A DNA stretch of 63,717 nucleotides, filler included, from Craspedostauros australis (lineage: Eukaryota): NCBI GenBank assembly GCA_030167865.1. It is 9 parts of 9 records of this genome, joined end to end, with 100 filler letters (N's around TTAATTAATTAA, not from the genome) between each part and the next. Parts side by side here need not be neighbours in the genome. Positions count along the whole stretch, not along the records: positions 58,101 to 61,935 come from JALAGF010006037.1; positions 62,036 to 63,717 come from JALAGF010006052.1; 7 more parts are not named here. One strand, written 5' to 3'. Both the position numbers and the translations under genes were made by a program. The notes below the pieces were generated by a model that was given only the letters and a program-made list of their open reading frames with translations, did no database searches and was not told the origin of the DNA. How positions within the stretch are numbered: the first letter of the stretch is position 1; each line of letters opens with the position of its first letter. Shown here piece after piece: positions 60,422 through 63,717 of this stretch.

Positions 60422-61935
60422 TCATTTGGATGGGCTGCCATCACCTCGCAGCTTGCGACGGGACGTCTTGAACGTTTGCCCCATGTCGTACAACGGAGCA
60501 CCGGCACGTTCCCGGTTCGGCATGCAGTAGTCGAGNNNNNNNNNNNNNNNNNNNNNNNNNNNNNNNNNNNNNNNNNNNNNNNNNNNNNNNNNNNNNNNNN
60601 NNGGAATCAACCGACCTCGGCCGATGTTGTACGGGCCACCGAGGGTCATGTCCTCGGGGTACTTGCCAAGAATCTGCCCTCCCTTCACGTCTCCACCCAT
60701 GGTGAAGTAGTTACCGCCCCACGCATGGTCGGATCCTTCTCCAGAGTTGGCGGTGAGAGTGCGAGCGAACTCAGATGTGAGCACCACGGTAACCTGATCC
60801 CACATCCCCTGCGCCTTCATCTCCTTCTGGAACGTATCCAGGGCGGCGTTCAGGCTTNNNNNNNNNNNNNNNNNNNNNNNNNNNNNNNNNNNNNNNNNNN
60901 NNNNNNNNNNNNNNNNCATGAAGAAGAGATCGCGGTCCGCCCCGCGACCTTCATGAGTCAAGATGAAGTTCGACACCGTCTCGAACTTGGTGCGGTAGTC
61001 GGAGTCTTGGATCGTGTTGAAGTCCTGAGTCAGCGGGACGTTACTGACGATGTTTTTCAGGGTTTCGACATCACTGATGGCCTTGTGCAAGCCACCTGAC
61101 CACAGCTCCCCGAACACGCTGCTGTGGACACCGGTCTGCTGGTTCATTCGAGCNNNNNNNNNNNNNNNNNNNNNNNNNNNNNNNNNNNNNNNNNNNNNNN
61201 NNNNNNNNNNNNNNNNNNNNNNNNNNNNNNNNNNNNNNNNNNNNNNNNNNNNNNNNNNNNNNNNNNNNTTCGACGGCCTGTCCAGGAACGCCGACGGTCG
61301 CCACGCTCGCATCCTGGATGGTGATTGGTTGCGGTTTGTAGCCCTTGGTGGCGAGCACGTCGCTCACTCGTCCCAGAATGCCAGTGGTCGGGGTCTTGTC
61401 CCAGGGATCGACGCGCTGCGTCTCTAGCTGCATCGTGTTGTGCGCAAATAGGTCGGTGTTGGAGAGTCGGTCGTAGTTCTCGGTCGTGACGGGCGTGTCC
61501 AACACCCCCATGTTGGCGAAGAAGGCCAAGTCGCCGCTCTTGTACAAGGATTCTACGACCGGGAGCTCTGGATGGATGGCGAATTCGGAGCATGGCTGCC
61601 CGCTGGCTTGGATGATGCGAGTGCGCTCTCCTTCTGTCAATGCGATCGTTGTTCGCTCCGAGTTGTACTGATCCAGCACCGTCAACCCATTGCTGTTGCG
61701 CTGGGTGCATGTGTGCGGAGCGAGCATGTTGTACGAGTCCATGCCACCATCCAGCAGCACGTGCACGACTGCCTTGTAGCCCCTTGGCGACGGGGAAACC
61801 GGTGGCTGTGGCGGTCGGTCCGTGCCGGTGGTGCGTACCAAGTTGGTGGCGTGGAACTCCGGTGCTGTCACGATGAGCTGCAGGCCCTTCTCCATGGCCT
61901 TGGTTGGATTGGACTCGGCTGCCATGATCTGCTTC
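60422..61935 (-). CDS. DUF1501-domain protein (5'-truncated, gapped)
   Basis: Motifs LLDGGMDSYNMLAP, LFAHNTMQ and TSEFARTLTANSGEGSDHAWGGNYFTMGGDVKGGQILGKYP. Confidence 0.88.
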
Positions 61936-62035
61936 NNNNNNNNNNNNNNNNNNNNNNNNNNNNNNNNNNNNNNNNNNNNTTAATTAATTAANNNNNNNNN
62001 NNNNNNNNNNNNNNNNNNNNNNNNNNNNNNNNNNN

Positions 62036-62220
62036 TCGCGTACCAACTCATAGTCGGAGACTGAATCTACAAAACAGATTGAAGCGCCGAGAGCATCGGG
62101 CAAGAGAACGGCGTACACCGAGAGCATCAGAGTAGCCAAGTAATGAAATAGCAAACAGACGACTATCAACCAACACCATCTTCCACGATCGTAGGTTACC
62201 GTGAGCGGAACTTGCCAACA
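62036..62220. mobile_element. Terminal fragment of a family-B LTR
   Basis: Matches about 47013-47198 and ends in TTGCCAACA. Confidence 0.85.
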
Positions 62221-62569
62221 GACCCAACGACGACGACACGGAAATCGCCATCTCCGTCGTCGTCCTCGATGATGCGCCGCTTGGTTGCATCTTGCAATGC
62301 AAGGCATTTGAAACGTGGCACGACTTGGCGCACTTCGTCTCGCGCCTCAAACCCAACAAGATCGTCATTGCGAATGGCGTGTGCAAGACCTGTGCGAGCG
62401 AGGATGATGACGATCTGCGCATGCTGAAGGAGCGGCTGGGCGGGTGGTCGTTGGATGTGAATGGCACGACAGATGAAGAAGCTCATGGATTTGCGTACAT
62501 TGGCATGGTGGATTGCAAGCCGTATCAACATCTAGATCGAAATTAGGTACCCATCTCCCAAGACTGAAA

Positions 62570-63469
62570 TGTGATTCAATATTTTCTGATTCGACTCGAT
62601 TTGAGAGTATAGTCGGATGAGTCTTGATACACGATTCAGATTCAGTCACTACAGTCATCGAACCTGACGTAGGCACTGACATCATCAATGACGTCAGAGG
62701 ATCGGTCATTGTGATCCTCGGAATCGAGATTATGTTTTAGTCATGGTACGCTGACCTGTCTAGCCATGCCGAGTGCATCATTGAGCACGTGGCAACAACA
62801 TTTAGGATCCAGAACAACATCGTCAGAGGTGATGCATGCACCTTGTCGACGTAGACGGATCGATCCATATGTGATCAAACAGAGACCAAGACCAGACAAG
62901 ATCAGACAGAGATGAAGAAAGACCAAAGGTGGAGATAACACGAGATNNNNNNNNNNNNNNNNNNNNNNNNNNNNNNNNNNNNNNNNNNNNNNNNNNCTAG
63001 CCATGCCGAGTGCATCATCGAGCACGTGGCAACAATACTTAGGATCCAGAACAACATCGTCAGAGGTGATGCATGCACCTCGCCGACGTAGACGGATCAA
63101 TCCATATGTGATCAAACAGAGATCAAGACCAGACAAGATCAGACAGAGATGAAGAAAGACCAAGGGTGGAGATAACACGAGATATCGTGTAGATCAACAT
63201 GCCATCTTGGGCAATGTTTTAGGAAAGACTGTGAGATACAACACGAGGTAATCGAACAGCACGTTAGCAACTGTGCAATAGGCACCATCATTAGAAATAG
63301 GAGATCATCATCTCATAATCCACACTCAATCATCAATTGACACACTAACTTAGCAACAACCAAATACACCAAACATCTCCAACTCCACCTGACGGATTGA
63401 TCACCCTGGCGGCGTAGTAAGTGCAGTGTTTGGTGCCCCTTTTCCTGTGTGTAATTGCTGATTATCACA
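62570..63469. mobile_element. Putative LTR of a further family
   Basis: Ends TGTGAT...ATCACA, non-coding, and its right edge truncates a retrotransposon ORF. No clean TSD (TGAAA vs TGGGA). Confidence 0.5.
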
Positions 63470-63717
63470 TGGGATAACGCTCAGACATGCGGTACCACTG
63501 GGTAGTACATGCAAGAGTGTCACGCACGCGGTCTGCTGGAATCCACCCGAAGTACGGCCGTAGCGCATGGAAGTTGGGCGCTTTACCCACGATGTTGCGT
63601 GGCCCGGCCTTGACTGCCTTCTCCCCATTCCCAAGCGTTGCAGCGGACTGAGTGTACTGAACGCACTTGGAGATGGTGATGTCGATGTCGTCGTCGTCGC
63701 CGCGTTCGGTTGCGGGA
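63470..63717 (-). mobile_element. Fragment of a diatom Copia-type polyprotein (pre-integrase region)
   Basis: Manual translation: KAPNFHALRPYFGWIPADRVRDTLACTTQWYRMSERYP. This frame is missing from the ORF track. Confidence 0.6.

Overview
Eukaryotic DNA, very probably from a diatom. Evidence: a silicon transporter (SIT), a GT-AG intron, bipartite plastid presequences, and diatom-type HSF and DUF1501 genes. The window is not contiguous. Nine scaffolds are joined by artificial N-TTAATTAATTAA-N linkers, and many 50-N gaps are flanked by duplicated overlaps. Host genes: Trm5/Tyw2-like methyltransferase, a secreted M11 (gametolysin-like) metalloprotease with a Lys-periodic tail, a DUF2358-like plastid protein, SIT, an ankyrin protein, an HSF, prenyltransferase alpha subunit, two hypothetical proteins, a STAND/TPR-type fragment and a DUF1501 protein. 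From about 32 kb onward the window is mostly mobile DNA: a Sola-like DDD transposase, a tyrosine recombinase cut by an LTR, an RNase H-bearing non-LTR element, a Copia gag and several solo LTRs. The most notable find is a ~530-bp element with TAATAGAGC...GCTCTATTA ends. It occurs twice, each copy with a different 5-bp target duplication. One copy splits SIT into two ORFs that each keep an EGxQ/GRQ motif pair. All family assignments come from recognising motifs by eye, not from database searches.
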